The notes beneath the pieces are model-generated. The model worked only from the letters and a program-made list of their open reading frames with translations. It did not search any database and had not been told where the DNA came from. Of a DNA stretch of 64,000 nucleotides, positions 20,576-30,604 are shown piece after piece (positions within the stretch are counted from its first letter, which is position 1; the number at the start of each line of letters is the position of its first letter). The stretch comes from Verrucomicrobiota bacterium. GTDB lineage: Bacteria > Verrucomicrobiota > Verrucomicrobiia > Limisphaerales > UBA11358. Where the stretch lies: NCBI GenBank assembly GCA_050012035.1, contig JBEKHY010000016.1:93528-157527 (forward strand), in the 5' to 3' direction. The position numbers and the translations under genes are program-made.

Positions 20576-22371
20576 AAACCCCGTCCAGCCCCACACCGAT
20601 CTGGTTAAAGTGGCTGCTCCGTTCATTCGGAATCATTTTGATTCTTGGCTCCCTCTATCTGACGGCTGTGGTGGTCAATGCTTTTATTAGCGCTTTCCAT
20701 GTTTTTCTCGGTCCCAAAGGACATGCCGTTCCGGACAAGCAGTGGTTGGGCATCTTTGGCGCTCTGCTCGGAAGATTGGTGGGACAGATTTTGTTGCTGT
20801 TGCTCGGAATCTGGCTGTGGCGGTGGCCTCGAAAAAAACCAAATGAAAAGGCAGAAATCAGCCGTCCGGCTCCCGTGCCAGCGATGCTTCCGGGTGCGCC
20901 AAGTTTTTCCACAGCCGCCCGGAACAAGCGCTGGTCTTCCTGCAACATTTTGCACGCCGCGGCTGAAGCGCACCATCTCTGGCAGTTTGACGCCAAAGGG
21001 GGCGGCTTTGTGCTGGGCCGCGAGCATCGCGGCCCGTCACTGCCCGCCCGGGTCGTGGCAAAATCCTGGAATTCGTTGTGGCAGCCGAAATTGAACGTCG
21101 CGTGGCTGCCGCCGGAAGATGTTTTTCTGCGCGTCGTTGAGCTGCCCAAAAGCAATTTCGATGAGACGCTGGCCATGGTGGAGTTGCAACTGGAAAAACT
21201 GTCGCCGATGCCGGTGACGCAGATTGTCTGGGCAATGCACGTCCTCTCCCAACCGGCGGGCGGCGAAGCAACGGCGGGCAACCTGCAAACCGTCATTGTC
21301 GTCATCGCCGCCCGCAACGCGGTCGAGGAGTTTCTCGGCAAACTGGAAGGCTGGGGTTTTCTGGCCGATCGGCTCGAAGCGCCGTTCCTGGATCAACTGG
21401 AGACGGACGGCCCGTCGCGTCAGCCGGCCGCGCCGCAGTCGCACGAGGACGGGGGCGAAGCGGGAGCGGACGCGTGGATTTATCCGCAGTTGCTCGGCGG
21501 CCAGAAGGCGGCACTGGTCGCGTGGTGGTGCGGTGGCGCGTTGCGAAATCTGAGCTTTGTCACCCTGCCGCCGGGGGGTGACCGCGCGGCGGAAATAAAA
21601 AAACAACTCGCGCTGCTGGCGTGGTCGGGCGAGTTGGAGGGCTGGCTGACGGCGCCGCCGAAATGGCACCTGGTAGCCGATCCGGTCAACGCCACTGAAT
21701 GGGATAATGCTTTGCGCGAAGGTTTGGACGAGCCGGTGCAGGTTTCGCCGCCGCTGCCGCCGGCAGATCTGGCCGGGCGCACGGCGCGGCGGGCCGCCGC
21801 CACGAGCGAACGCGCGAATCTTCTGCCGGTGGAGTTTGCCACGCGCTATCACCAACAATTTGTTGACCGTTTATGGCTGCGCGGCCTGATGGCCACGGGC
21901 GTGTTGTATGCCGTGGGCGTGGCGATTTATTTCTGCGCCGTGGGCTTACTTACCTTTAAGACGCAAAAAGTCGAAAGGGACGTCGCGGCCATCAGCGGCA
22001 ATTACACCAACGCGATCCAGCTCAAAGCGCGCTACGGGGTGCTCAAGGAGCGACAGGAGCTGAAATACGCCGCGCTGGACTGCTGGAAAGTCGTCGCCGA
22101 ACAATTGCCTGAAGGTCTCTCGTTGCAGCGGTTCAGCTTTGCCGACGGGAGCAAACTTTCACTCAACGGGACTTGCCTGGCGGACCAAATCAGCCTGATA
22201 ACCGAGAAGGACGGCTTTTATGACAACGTGCGAAAAGCCAAACTGAACGGCCAGCCGATGTTCAACCCCGATCCCAACAGCAGCGAACAACTGACCTATC
22301 GCACGACCGGTGACAAAGTGACATGGAATTTCGGTCTGGAATTGCAGCACATGGAGGCGGAGCCCCGATGA
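20572..22371 (+). CDS. Putative GspL / PilM-PilN-like platform protein with N-terminal two-TM extension
   Basis: Lies between GspE and the GspM-like gene. Large cytoplasmic region, ANLLP motif before a TM helix, coiled coil and ferredoxin-like tail (LPEGLSL...LSLNG). Confidence 0.6.
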   Translation: MKTPSSPTPIWLKWLLRSFGIILILGSLYLTAVVVNAFISAFHVFLGPKGHAVPDKQWLGIFGALLGRLVGQILLLLLGIWLWRWPRKKPNEKAEISRPAPVPAMLPGAPSFSTAARNKRWSSCNILHAAAEAHHLWQFDAKGGGFVLGREHRGPSLPARVVAKSWNSLWQPKLNVAWLPPEDVFLRVVELPKSNFDETLAMVELQLEKLSPMPVTQIVWAMHVLSQPAGGEATAGNLQTVIVVIAARNAVEEFLGKLEGWGFLADRLEAPFLDQLETDGPSRQPAAPQSHEDGGEAGADAWIYPQLLGGQKAALVAWWCGGALRNLSFVTLPPGGDRAAEIKKQLALLAWSGELEGWLTAPPKWHLVADPVNATEWDNALREGLDEPVQVSPPLPPADLAGRTARRAAATSERANLLPVEFATRYHQQFVDRLWLRGLMATGVLYAVGVAIYFCAVGLLTFKTQKVERDVAAISGNYTNAIQLKARYGVLKERQELKYAALDCWKVVAEQLPEGLSLQRFSFADGSKLSLNGTCLADQISLITEKDGFYDNVRKAKLNGQPMFNPDPNSSEQLTYRTTGDKVTWNFGLELQHMEAEPR

Positions 22372-22955
22372 AAAAATATTTTTCACAATTGCGCCCGTTG
22401 GAGCGCCGGGTGGCTGTCGGCACGCTGGTCGTTTTGATTCTGGTCCTGAATTGGGCGTTTGTCTGGCCGCATTTTTCGGACTGGAGCAATCTGCGGCGCC
22501 GGCTCGACGTCGCGGAGAAAAAACTGGAACTTTACCAGACGACGATCACGCAAATTCCCGATTATCAGGCAAAGGTGAAAGCCTTTGAGAGCCAGGGCGC
22601 ATTCGTCCCGCCGGAAGACCAGGCCATCAATTTCATGCGCGCCATCCAGTCGCAATCCACGGCCAGCGGCGTTGCCATCGTCAACACCTCGCGACAATTG
22701 ACCCGCACGAATGACGCATTTTTCATCGAACAGATTCAAAACATCAACGTCACTGCCACCGACGCGCAACTGGTGGACTTCCTTTACAAGCTCGGCTCCG
22801 GCGCCTCGATGACCCGCGTGCGCGACTTGGAACTCCAGCCTGACACCGCGCACCAGCATCTCACTGCGAACATCAAGCTCGTCGCCAGCTATCAAAAAAA
22901 TCCGGCCCCGGCCCCGCCTGCCAGGCCGGACGTTACCACCGCCAAAGCCAAATGA
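22368..22955 (+). CDS. GspM/PilO-like protein
   Basis: LRPLERR plus single TM, coiled coil, LVDFLYKL...RVRDLEL pattern; ATGA overlaps on both sides. Confidence 0.7.
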   Translation: MKKYFSQLRPLERRVAVGTLVVLILVLNWAFVWPHFSDWSNLRRRLDVAEKKLELYQTTITQIPDYQAKVKAFESQGAFVPPEDQAINFMRAIQSQSTASGVAIVNTSRQLTRTNDAFFIEQIQNINVTATDAQLVDFLYKLGSGASMTRVRDLELQPDTAHQHLTANIKLVASYQKNPAPAPPARPDVTTAKAK

Positions 22956-25258
22956 AAACGACCACGCTCACTCTGATTTTATTGTTAACCAGTCTCGACC
23001 TTTGGGCGCAAGCGCCGCCGGCCACCAACGCCCTGCCGCGGCTGCGTCCCGTGCCGCGGCCACGAACTGGAACCAACGGCCTGCCCCTGCTGCCGGCGTT
23101 TCCCGGTTTGCCCGCAGCGCCCGCGCCCGCAACTCCGGCGGCTCCGAAGGCTCCGGCAAATCCGATGGCTCCCGCGACGCCGCCCACCACCGCAACGCCG
23201 AGCAGCGTCCCACCGCCTGCCCCGACCGAGAGTTCATCGGTGGGAGGCGAAATTCCCGCTTACAGCTACAATCTTCAGGGAGTAGATGTAAATCAAGTGC
23301 TCGATCTCTACGCGGATCTGGTCGGGCGCACCATTTTGCGCGCGGGCCTGCCACAGGCGTCCATTGTGCTGCACACGCAATCGTTGTTGACCCGAAGCGA
23401 GGCGATCCAGGCGTTGCAGGCGGTGCTGGCGCTCAACAACATCTCACTCGTCAACGTCGGCGACAAATTTGCGAAGGCATTGCCGTCGGATCAGGCAAAC
23501 TCGGCGGCGGCGGCGTTGGATTACTCGGCCGCCACCAACCTGCCGGAACTGGGGTCATACGTGACGCACATTGTCCAGTTGAAATACGTCAAGCCCTCTG
23601 AGATGATACCGGTCATCCAGCCGTTTGCCAGATTGCAGAACTCAATTCTGGCGATTGACAGCAATGGCATCCTCGTCCTTCGCGACTACGCCGAAAACGT
23701 AAAGCGGATGCTGGAAATGATTGACCAGATTGACGTGAGCGTGCCGGCGGAATACATCTCCGAAGTCATTCCCATCAAATACGCGCTGGCGGGGGACATC
23801 GCCAGTGCCTTGGGCAGCCTGAGCGGTGGCGGCGGCGGCACGACGAGCGTTGGCGGTTCCACCGCGGCCGCACCCATCAGCGGCCTCGGTGGACGGACTG
23901 GCGGCGCAACCGGCCAACTGGGAACAGGCGGCACCTATCAATCCGGCGGTCAGCCGTCCGGCGCACAGGGAAATCCCAGCGGTACGCCAACGACGGGAAC
24001 CACTTTTCAACAGCGGCTGCAGTCCATCATCAACCGCGCCGGGCCGGGCGGGGCTGGCGGGCAAGGCGGTCAGCAGCCAATCCAGATTATCGGCGTGACT
24101 AAAATCATCGCCGATTCGCGGAGCAACTCGCTGCTCGTTTTTGCCACGCGCCAGGACATGGCCACGATCAAGGACATTATTGGCAAATTGGACGTGCTGC
24201 TTTCACAGGTGCTCATCGAATCGGTCATTATCGACTATTCGCTTGGCCCCAACATGGTTAGTTTCGGCATCTCCGCGGCCCAAAGTCCGAAAACTTTCAA
24301 TCCCGGCGGGAATCCTGCCGTCAGCGGCGCGGGCGGTTTCAACAATGGCCAGTCGTTTTTTAATTTCGCAAACAGCACCCTGGGCTCCAGCTCCAATGCA
24401 TCTACCGGCGTTTTCGGCAACAGCCTGCCCGGCGGCTTCAGTTATTTCGGGAACATTGGCCCGACGTGGGACGTGGCGTTGCAGGCGGCGGCCTCGGACA
24501 GCCACGCGAGCATCATCCAACGCCCCCGCATCCAGACCTCGCAGGCCAAGGCGGCGCAGTTCTTCGTCGGCGACACTGTGCCTTATATCACCGGCTATGG
24601 CAATTACGGCTATGGCAACCAATCCAGCTACTCGCAATTGTCCGTCGGTGTGGAACTGGACGTAACGCCCTTCATCAACCCCGACGGCCTGGTGGTGATG
24701 GACATCAGCCAGGAAATAGACGATCTCAACGGTTATACTACCATTCAAAATGTCGGTAACGTGCCCAACACCATCAAACGCTCGCTTTCATCCGAAGTCG
24801 CCGTGAGAGACCGCGATACCATCATGCTGGGCGGCTTCATCAAGTCCAACAAATCCACCAGCCGGTCCGGTGTGCCGGTTTTAATGGATATTCCACTGCT
24901 CGGCAATCTGTTCACCCAGCGCAGCGATTCAAAGCAACGCGAGGAACTGATCGTGCTCATGCGGCCCACCGTCTTGAAGACGCCCGAACTCGCCGCCGCC
25001 CAGGCCGTCACGGAACAACAACGGCTGCCGGGCATTTCCGAAGTCGAGGCGGAAGACGAGGCCGCTGAACGCAAACAGGTGGAGGCTGAGCACAAGGCAG
25101 GACTAAGGCGCAGCCGGATCGAAGGCAAAAACAGCGGCTTTTACCACGTCCCGTCAACGAATTCGTTCGCGCCCCGAACCCGGGACAACAGCTTTCTCAA
25201 TACACCGCCGTCCTATCCAACGCCCAACACCAACACTTTCGTGCTGCCGAATCCGTGA
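22952..25258 (+). CDS. gspD: Secretin (GspD-like)
   Basis: Signal peptide, Pro-rich linker, N-domains (LKYV, IKYA, ADSRSNSL), QVLIESVI, GVELDVTP, GVPVLMDIPLLGNLF, ELIVLMRP. Confidence 0.92.
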   Translation: MKTTTLTLILLLTSLDLWAQAPPATNALPRLRPVPRPRTGTNGLPLLPAFPGLPAAPAPATPAAPKAPANPMAPATPPTTATPSSVPPPAPTESSSVGGEIPAYSYNLQGVDVNQVLDLYADLVGRTILRAGLPQASIVLHTQSLLTRSEAIQALQAVLALNNISLVNVGDKFAKALPSDQANSAAAALDYSAATNLPELGSYVTHIVQLKYVKPSEMIPVIQPFARLQNSILAIDSNGILVLRDYAENVKRMLEMIDQIDVSVPAEYISEVIPIKYALAGDIASALGSLSGGGGGTTSVGGSTAAAPISGLGGRTGGATGQLGTGGTYQSGGQPSGAQGNPSGTPTTGTTFQQRLQSIINRAGPGGAGGQGGQQPIQIIGVTKIIADSRSNSLLVFATRQDMATIKDIIGKLDVLLSQVLIESVIIDYSLGPNMVSFGISAAQSPKTFNPGGNPAVSGAGGFNNGQSFFNFANSTLGSSSNASTGVFGNSLPGGFSYFGNIGPTWDVALQAAASDSHASIIQRPRIQTSQAKAAQFFVGDTVPYITGYGNYGYGNQSSYSQLSVGVELDVTPFINPDGLVVMDISQEIDDLNGYTTIQNVGNVPNTIKRSLSSEVAVRDRDTIMLGGFIKSNKSTSRSGVPVLMDIPLLGNLFTQRSDSKQREELIVLMRPTVLKTPELAAAQAVTEQQRLPGISEVEAEDEAAERKQVEAEHKAGLRRSRIEGKNSGFYHVPSTNSFAPRTRDNSFLNTPPSYPTPNTNTFVLPNP

Positions 25259-25396
25259 CGTGGCGCGGGAAAACGCGGCAGCCAGTGCAAAGAACCAGAC
25301 AAACCGGATGGAACCGATATTGAATACTTGCAGACCGGTCGGAGTTTTTGCCAGCCTCCTCGCCGGCATGAAATTCCCGGGTTCCTTGTTTTGCGC

Positions 25397-26812
25397 ATGA
25401 AAGCCTTTCTCCATCTCCGAATATTGGCGCTGCTGGCCGGGTTGATGGCCGCCAGCCCGCGGGCCAGCGCGCAGGGTTTCGGCCTTTCTCTCACCAGTTC
25501 TTCAAGTTCCATCTTGCTGAACAATCCGCTGACTTTCACCATCAATGTCACCAACCTGACGGGCTCCCTTTTGGCGGACACGATAGTGACCAATGCGCTG
25601 CCGACTTCAGCCCCGGTTCTGTCAAACCAGGTTCTGAGCGCTTCTGCTAACTTGGTGACTTACACGAACTATGGCAGCGTGGTCCGGTTCGACCTCTATC
25701 AGTTTGCCAGCGGTGGGAGTGCGCAATTGACTGTGACCGCTGAACCAACGGCGGTTGGATTCATCACCAACACCGTGACGGTCGCCTCTCTCTACACGAC
25801 GACCAATACGGCTTCCACCAACGTGGTGATTCAGGTCACCAACTCGGTGGTGCCCCAGGCTGATCTGGGCGTGGCCATCACCGGCCCGGCCCAAGCCGTC
25901 ATCACCAACGATTGGATGACCTACGGAGTAATGGCAACCAATTGGGGCCCAAGCGCTGCAACCAATGTCGTTCTGACCAACACCTTGCCGCCCGGTGTGG
26001 TGTTGAAAAGCGTTTCCAGCGAAAGTTACACCGTCGCCAGGAGCAATTTGATTTTTAACTTGCGCACGCTGGCGAATGGCGGCTCTACAAATTTCGAGTT
26101 CACAATTCAGCCTACCAACGCGGGCGACCTGGCGCTGTTTGCGTCCATCGGCTCGACAAATGTGCTTGATCTCAACCCCACTAACAATTCGGCCAGCACC
26201 AACATCACCGTCATCTCCTGTCTTCCCGGCTTGCTCGTGGCCGTCACCAATTCCAGTCAAAACCCTGATGTCGTGAGCGGATTGACAGAGCAGTCCATTT
26301 TGCTGACAAACATCGGAACAACTAACGTGCCGGCTGCGCGGATCGTCGTGACCGGTTTGACCAACCGTCTGTTCAACGCCGTTGGCACGAACAACGGCAA
26401 TCCTTTTGTGTATTACAGCGCCCCCCTTGCGGCAGGACAAAGTGTGAATTTGCTGCTGCAATTTTACCCACGTACTCTCTTTCATTTCACGAATGGACAG
26501 TTGCACGCCTTTGCCGTGCCGGTGCCCAACTGGACACCGCCGCCCGTAACGACAACGAGCACAAACTTCAACCTCACGCGCATTGTCAAGTTGAACAACG
26601 GCTGGATGTTGATTGAATGGCCGGCTATCACCAACCAGACTTACACGGTGGTCTACAGCGACAATTTTTTGTTTTCAAACGCCATGATGGCACCGCCGTC
26701 CATCGTGGCCCAGGCAAACTGGGTGCAATGGATTGATTACGGCCCACCCGCAACGGTGAGCGCGCCGACAAGTGCCAGCGCACGCTTTTATCGCGTGTTC
26801 CAAAATCACTGA
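25397..26812 (+). CDS. Secreted DUF11-repeat Ig-like protein, Thr/Asn-rich
   Basis: Signal peptide (ASAQ), two DUF11-like units (ADLGV...NWGPSAATNVVLTNTLP...DLNPTNNSAS), C-terminal RFYRV motif. Confidence 0.75.
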   Translation: MKAFLHLRILALLAGLMAASPRASAQGFGLSLTSSSSSILLNNPLTFTINVTNLTGSLLADTIVTNALPTSAPVLSNQVLSASANLVTYTNYGSVVRFDLYQFASGGSAQLTVTAEPTAVGFITNTVTVASLYTTTNTASTNVVIQVTNSVVPQADLGVAITGPAQAVITNDWMTYGVMATNWGPSAATNVVLTNTLPPGVVLKSVSSESYTVARSNLIFNLRTLANGGSTNFEFTIQPTNAGDLALFASIGSTNVLDLNPTNNSASTNITVISCLPGLLVAVTNSSQNPDVVSGLTEQSILLTNIGTTNVPAARIVVTGLTNRLFNAVGTNNGNPFVYYSAPLAAGQSVNLLLQFYPRTLFHFTNGQLHAFAVPVPNWTPPPVTTTSTNFNLTRIVKLNNGWMLIEWPAITNQTYTVVYSDNFLFSNAMMAPPSIVAQANWVQWIDYGPPATVSAPTSASARFYRVFQNH

Positions 26813-26816
26813 TGTT

Positions 26817-27911
26817 ATGCAGGCACCAGTTCACCATTTTATAGAAAACTGCCGCCGCTACAATCTGCCGGTGTGGGTCTGGCTGGTTTGCCTGGTGGGT
26901 TTTGTGCCGTCTGCCTCAGCTCAACCGGAAGTTTATGGCAACCCGGATTCCAGCGCCTTTATCCGAATCCCCCGCGACGCGGATGACTGGAAGCGCCATT
27001 TTCGGATTGGTGCCATGGTCGGAATGAACATCACTGCCAGCTTCAACATGGCGGGCACGTTTAACATCAACCGACCCGCCGGAGTTTATGACGACGGTTA
27101 CGTGCGAGTGGACAACACCGGTGATCCAGGGGGTCGCACTTATTATTGGGGTTACGACAGTCCGTCGCAATTGAACGGAACGACTCTGACGATGTCTGCC
27201 AATACCTCGTTCTCCGCCGTCAGCAACACAAAAGAAAATGGTGGGCTATTCCCCGGACTCGAAATGGCTTACGGTGATAATCTTTGGTATTGGAAGCACG
27301 CGCGTGTGGGGTGGGAACTCGGCTTTGGTCTGCTTCCGATCCACATCGCGAACAATCAGCCGATGGCCGCAACGGTCAATCGGACAACCTATAAATTTGA
27401 TGTCAGTAATCCGTACGGTGCTCCATTGCCGGGATCGGATTCGGGAACGCCTTATCAAGGCGGACCCAACGGACCCGGTTACACCATTCCCGATCAGCCG
27501 ACGTCGTCTTACATTTCAAGTACCACTAATGAAACCGCCACCGGTTCGCACACGCTGGACGTAATGCTCTACACTTTCAGATTGGGGCCGTCATTCTATT
27601 GGGATTTGACGGATCGCTTCGGCATGTCTCTCGGAGCCGGCCCCGCCGTCGGCATCGTGTCTGGCAGTTACAAATACGACGAAATCATCGGCAGCACTCA
27701 CAATACCGGCCAGATTTCGGACACCAAGATAGTCTACGGCGGCTATGTGAACGCGACTTTGTTGTGTCACGTTCAGGATAACGCCGACATTTTCATCGGT
27801 GCGCAATACATGCCCATGAGCGATGCCACCATCAGCGGCGGAGGCCGGGAAGGACGACTGAATCTGGGCGGACAGCTTTACTTCACCATCGGTGTCAGTT
27901 GGCCGTTTTGA
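26817..27911 (+). CDS. Putative outer-membrane beta-barrel protein
   Basis: Signal peptide (ASAQ), alternating aromatic/Gly strands, ends LYFTIGVSWPF (beta-signal-like). Confidence 0.65.
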   Translation: MQAPVHHFIENCRRYNLPVWVWLVCLVGFVPSASAQPEVYGNPDSSAFIRIPRDADDWKRHFRIGAMVGMNITASFNMAGTFNINRPAGVYDDGYVRVDNTGDPGGRTYYWGYDSPSQLNGTTLTMSANTSFSAVSNTKENGGLFPGLEMAYGDNLWYWKHARVGWELGFGLLPIHIANNQPMAATVNRTTYKFDVSNPYGAPLPGSDSGTPYQGGPNGPGYTIPDQPTSSYISSTTNETATGSHTLDVMLYTFRLGPSFYWDLTDRFGMSLGAGPAVGIVSGSYKYDEIIGSTHNTGQISDTKIVYGGYVNATLLCHVQDNADIFIGAQYMPMSDATISGGGREGRLNLGGQLYFTIGVSWPF

Positions 27912-27934
27912 AAATTTCCCTTGCGGCCGCTTTG

Positions 27935-30604
27935 TCATTTTTCCGGCGACGGGTTGGAAAAGAAGTCGCCGCTGGGGAACAGTTCCTCCAGACTCCGGAT
28001 GGGGCGCAATGGCATCAGCAGAAATCTGGGGATGTAAACCGGTACACTCCTCGGATTTTTCAGTGTGCCGGTGACGTGATATTCAAACAATTTGCTCACC
28101 GGCCACAACGCCGTGCTGACCAGCGGTCCGACCACCCACGTGTCCCGCAGCAACCGCGCGGTGACCCGCGCGTTCACGTTCTGCTTCAAATCCACCGTGC
28201 CGGCGTATTGCAATCGCATCATCGTCGAGCGGATCTCCAGGGAGTCGGAATAAATCACGCCATTGGTGATGGCAAATTTCGCGGACGCCTCCGTCGCCCG
28301 GCTGTTGCCCAGGCCGGGCGAAACGGTGTTCAGCACCGGTGACAGAATGCCAAAAAGCGGTATGTCCCAGAGCAGTCCATCGCGCAGGTCCGCGCGGCCG
28401 AAACCGTCCCACGTCTGCCAATCCCGCGAATCCGCGCGTGTGACGACGAGCAACCCGTTCAGCGCGCCCTCCAGATGATTGGTGAACGGCGACAAATCCG
28501 CTGCCAGCAGATGCAGGTTCACGTTCGAGACCGTAACGGCAAATTGGTAATCCGCGCCCGGGTGCGGCGCGCGAAAATCAAAAGTGGCATAACCATTTCC
28601 ACTGCCGCCGCAAAACGCCGTGCCCACGTTCGTCAAAATCAACGTCTGCTCCTGCCAACGAATCGTGCCTACGATGTCCGACGCCTTGAATTTCAGCCAC
28701 TGGAATGGCGCGCCTTTGATAATGTCGAAGTTCAAATCCGCGCCTCCCGTGCCGCGCAAGGGGGCGCAGCCGTTCACGCGCACCGTCGGCGGCTGCAAAA
28801 ATTGATAAGGCTCCAGCGCGCGGCCCGTTTTCGGGCCGATGGCGAGCGCGATGGCTTCCGGATCGGCGGTGCCCAGACCGTTCGTGAACCGGATCAGTTG
28901 CGTGTTGAAATCAAGGGTAATTTTATCGGCGGTCATCGTCTGCGTTCCGCCGGCCCGCCGCAGGTGCGGACTGAAAAATTCCACGACGCAGTTCGAGTAA
29001 TGGAATTCGCTGACGACGCTGTCCGCCGCCTGGCCGCGAACCATGAAATTCGTCAACGCCGCGCGCCCCGCTGCCTCGATGCTGCCGTAATCATACAGAC
29101 GTCCGCGCACCTCCAGATCCAGGGTGGCCGGACCGCTGAATTTGAAGTGGCTGAAGCCGCGCACGGCATTGCTCGCCGTCAAAAACGGACGGAGGGTTTC
29201 CGGGTCGAACGCGCCGCGAATGTGCCAGCCGTAATTCCTGGTCGCGTCATCCTCGCCGCCGCTCAGTTCCAGCCGGGTTTTTGCCTGCGTGACCGCGAGA
29301 TCGGGCAGTTGCCAGACCAGATTTGAATAGGTGAAATGGGTGCAGGCCGAATCAATTTTCGCGCCGAAGGCGGTGCCATTGGTGAAAGCCAGTTCGCCAC
29401 CCAGGCAGATCGTCGGCTGCACTTCATCACGCCAGTCCAGTTCGCGGTTTGTCCAGGGGGGTAAAATCAGCGAGCCGTTCGCCCGCAATAATGGCGGTTG
29501 CGTCCAGGTAAATTCCGTGAGTCGCTCGCGCGTTTTCCCCGTCAGCAAGGCGGCGACGGCGTGAACGTCGAAACACGAGGAGTTGGTGAACTCGAACTCG
29601 CGCGTGGCGACATTCAGCCGCGCCTGTGCGTCGAGTTGTCCGCCGCCGAGCCCGACGGACAGGTTGGTGATGGCCAGCTCCGGCGCCTGCCAGAAACCGC
29701 CGCCGACAACCGAGTCCGCGTTCAATTTCGCGGATTGCAATTGTGTGAGCTGCATCGTCCAGGCCAGCCGATACGGCTGCAGGTTCGTCCACCACGCCCA
29801 GGCTGGATCGAAATTGACGGGGGCACCGGCGGGCGCGGTCAGTTTGGCGGTTAGTTGCACGTCACGCGCGCCGCCCCACGGCGTTTGCACCGCCGGCGCG
29901 CTGACGTTGAGTCCGACCACGAATGAATGGATGTCACGCGCGTCGCCGTTTACCAGGAGGCTGAACTGCGGCGTGCCTTCAAAATGAATCCGGTCGAGCG
30001 TGTCCGAAAATGTTCGCAGTTGCGCCCGCACCATGGTCGGAACGCCGGTTTGCTTGCCGTGAAACATTTCCCAGTGGCGGATTTCAGGCGCGTGGGCGAT
30101 GTCCGCGGCCAGCGACAGTTTCACCCCGGCGAGGCCGGCCTGGAAATGGTCGAGTGTCCAGGTGTCATTGGTCTGGAATCGCAAATCGGTTTTGATATGG
30201 TCGAGTATGAGCGCATTGGTGGATGTAAGCGGCCAGACAAGTTTTCCATCGCGCAGGACCAGCCCGTCAATTTGCAGCCGCCGGTGCAGCAGCGCGCGGT
30301 AGTTCAGCCGCAGTTGGACTTCGGCCAGGGAAAGCGTCGGACTGTCGGGTGTCGCAGCGTGGCCGAGCCGGACGTTTTCGGCAACGATTCCGCGCTCGAA
30401 GCGCAGCCGCAGCCGGATGAATTCCAATTCGACACCGCGCGCGCGCAATTTTTCGACGAGCGGCTGCTTCAGGAAATCCGGCAGGCCAACGCGGTTGAAC
30501 CAAACCAGGGCACAAACCAGCGCGAGCACCGCCAGCAGCGTGGCGATGCGCAACCAGCGGAAACCGATGCGGCATTTCCGCCAGAAGCCGGAAGGGAAAC
30601 GCAT
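27935..30604 (-). CDS. AsmA-like protein
   Basis: N-terminal TM anchor, long beta-rich body, C-terminal LFEYHVTGTLKNP typical of the AsmA-like C-terminus. Confidence 0.8.
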   Translation of the reverse strand: MRFPSGFWRKCRIGFRWLRIATLLAVLALVCALVWFNRVGLPDFLKQPLVEKLRARGVELEFIRLRLRFERGIVAENVRLGHAATPDSPTLSLAEVQLRLNYRALLHRRLQIDGLVLRDGKLVWPLTSTNALILDHIKTDLRFQTNDTWTLDHFQAGLAGVKLSLAADIAHAPEIRHWEMFHGKQTGVPTMVRAQLRTFSDTLDRIHFEGTPQFSLLVNGDARDIHSFVVGLNVSAPAVQTPWGGARDVQLTAKLTAPAGAPVNFDPAWAWWTNLQPYRLAWTMQLTQLQSAKLNADSVVGGGFWQAPELAITNLSVGLGGGQLDAQARLNVATREFEFTNSSCFDVHAVAALLTGKTRERLTEFTWTQPPLLRANGSLILPPWTNRELDWRDEVQPTICLGGELAFTNGTAFGAKIDSACTHFTYSNLVWQLPDLAVTQAKTRLELSGGEDDATRNYGWHIRGAFDPETLRPFLTASNAVRGFSHFKFSGPATLDLEVRGRLYDYGSIEAAGRAALTNFMVRGQAADSVVSEFHYSNCVVEFFSPHLRRAGGTQTMTADKITLDFNTQLIRFTNGLGTADPEAIALAIGPKTGRALEPYQFLQPPTVRVNGCAPLRGTGGADLNFDIIKGAPFQWLKFKASDIVGTIRWQEQTLILTNVGTAFCGGSGNGYATFDFRAPHPGADYQFAVTVSNVNLHLLAADLSPFTNHLEGALNGLLVVTRADSRDWQTWDGFGRADLRDGLLWDIPLFGILSPVLNTVSPGLGNSRATEASAKFAITNGVIYSDSLEIRSTMMRLQYAGTVDLKQNVNARVTARLLRDTWVVGPLVSTALWPVSKLFEYHVTGTLKNPRSVPVYIPRFLLMPLRPIRSLEELFPSGDFFSNPSPEK

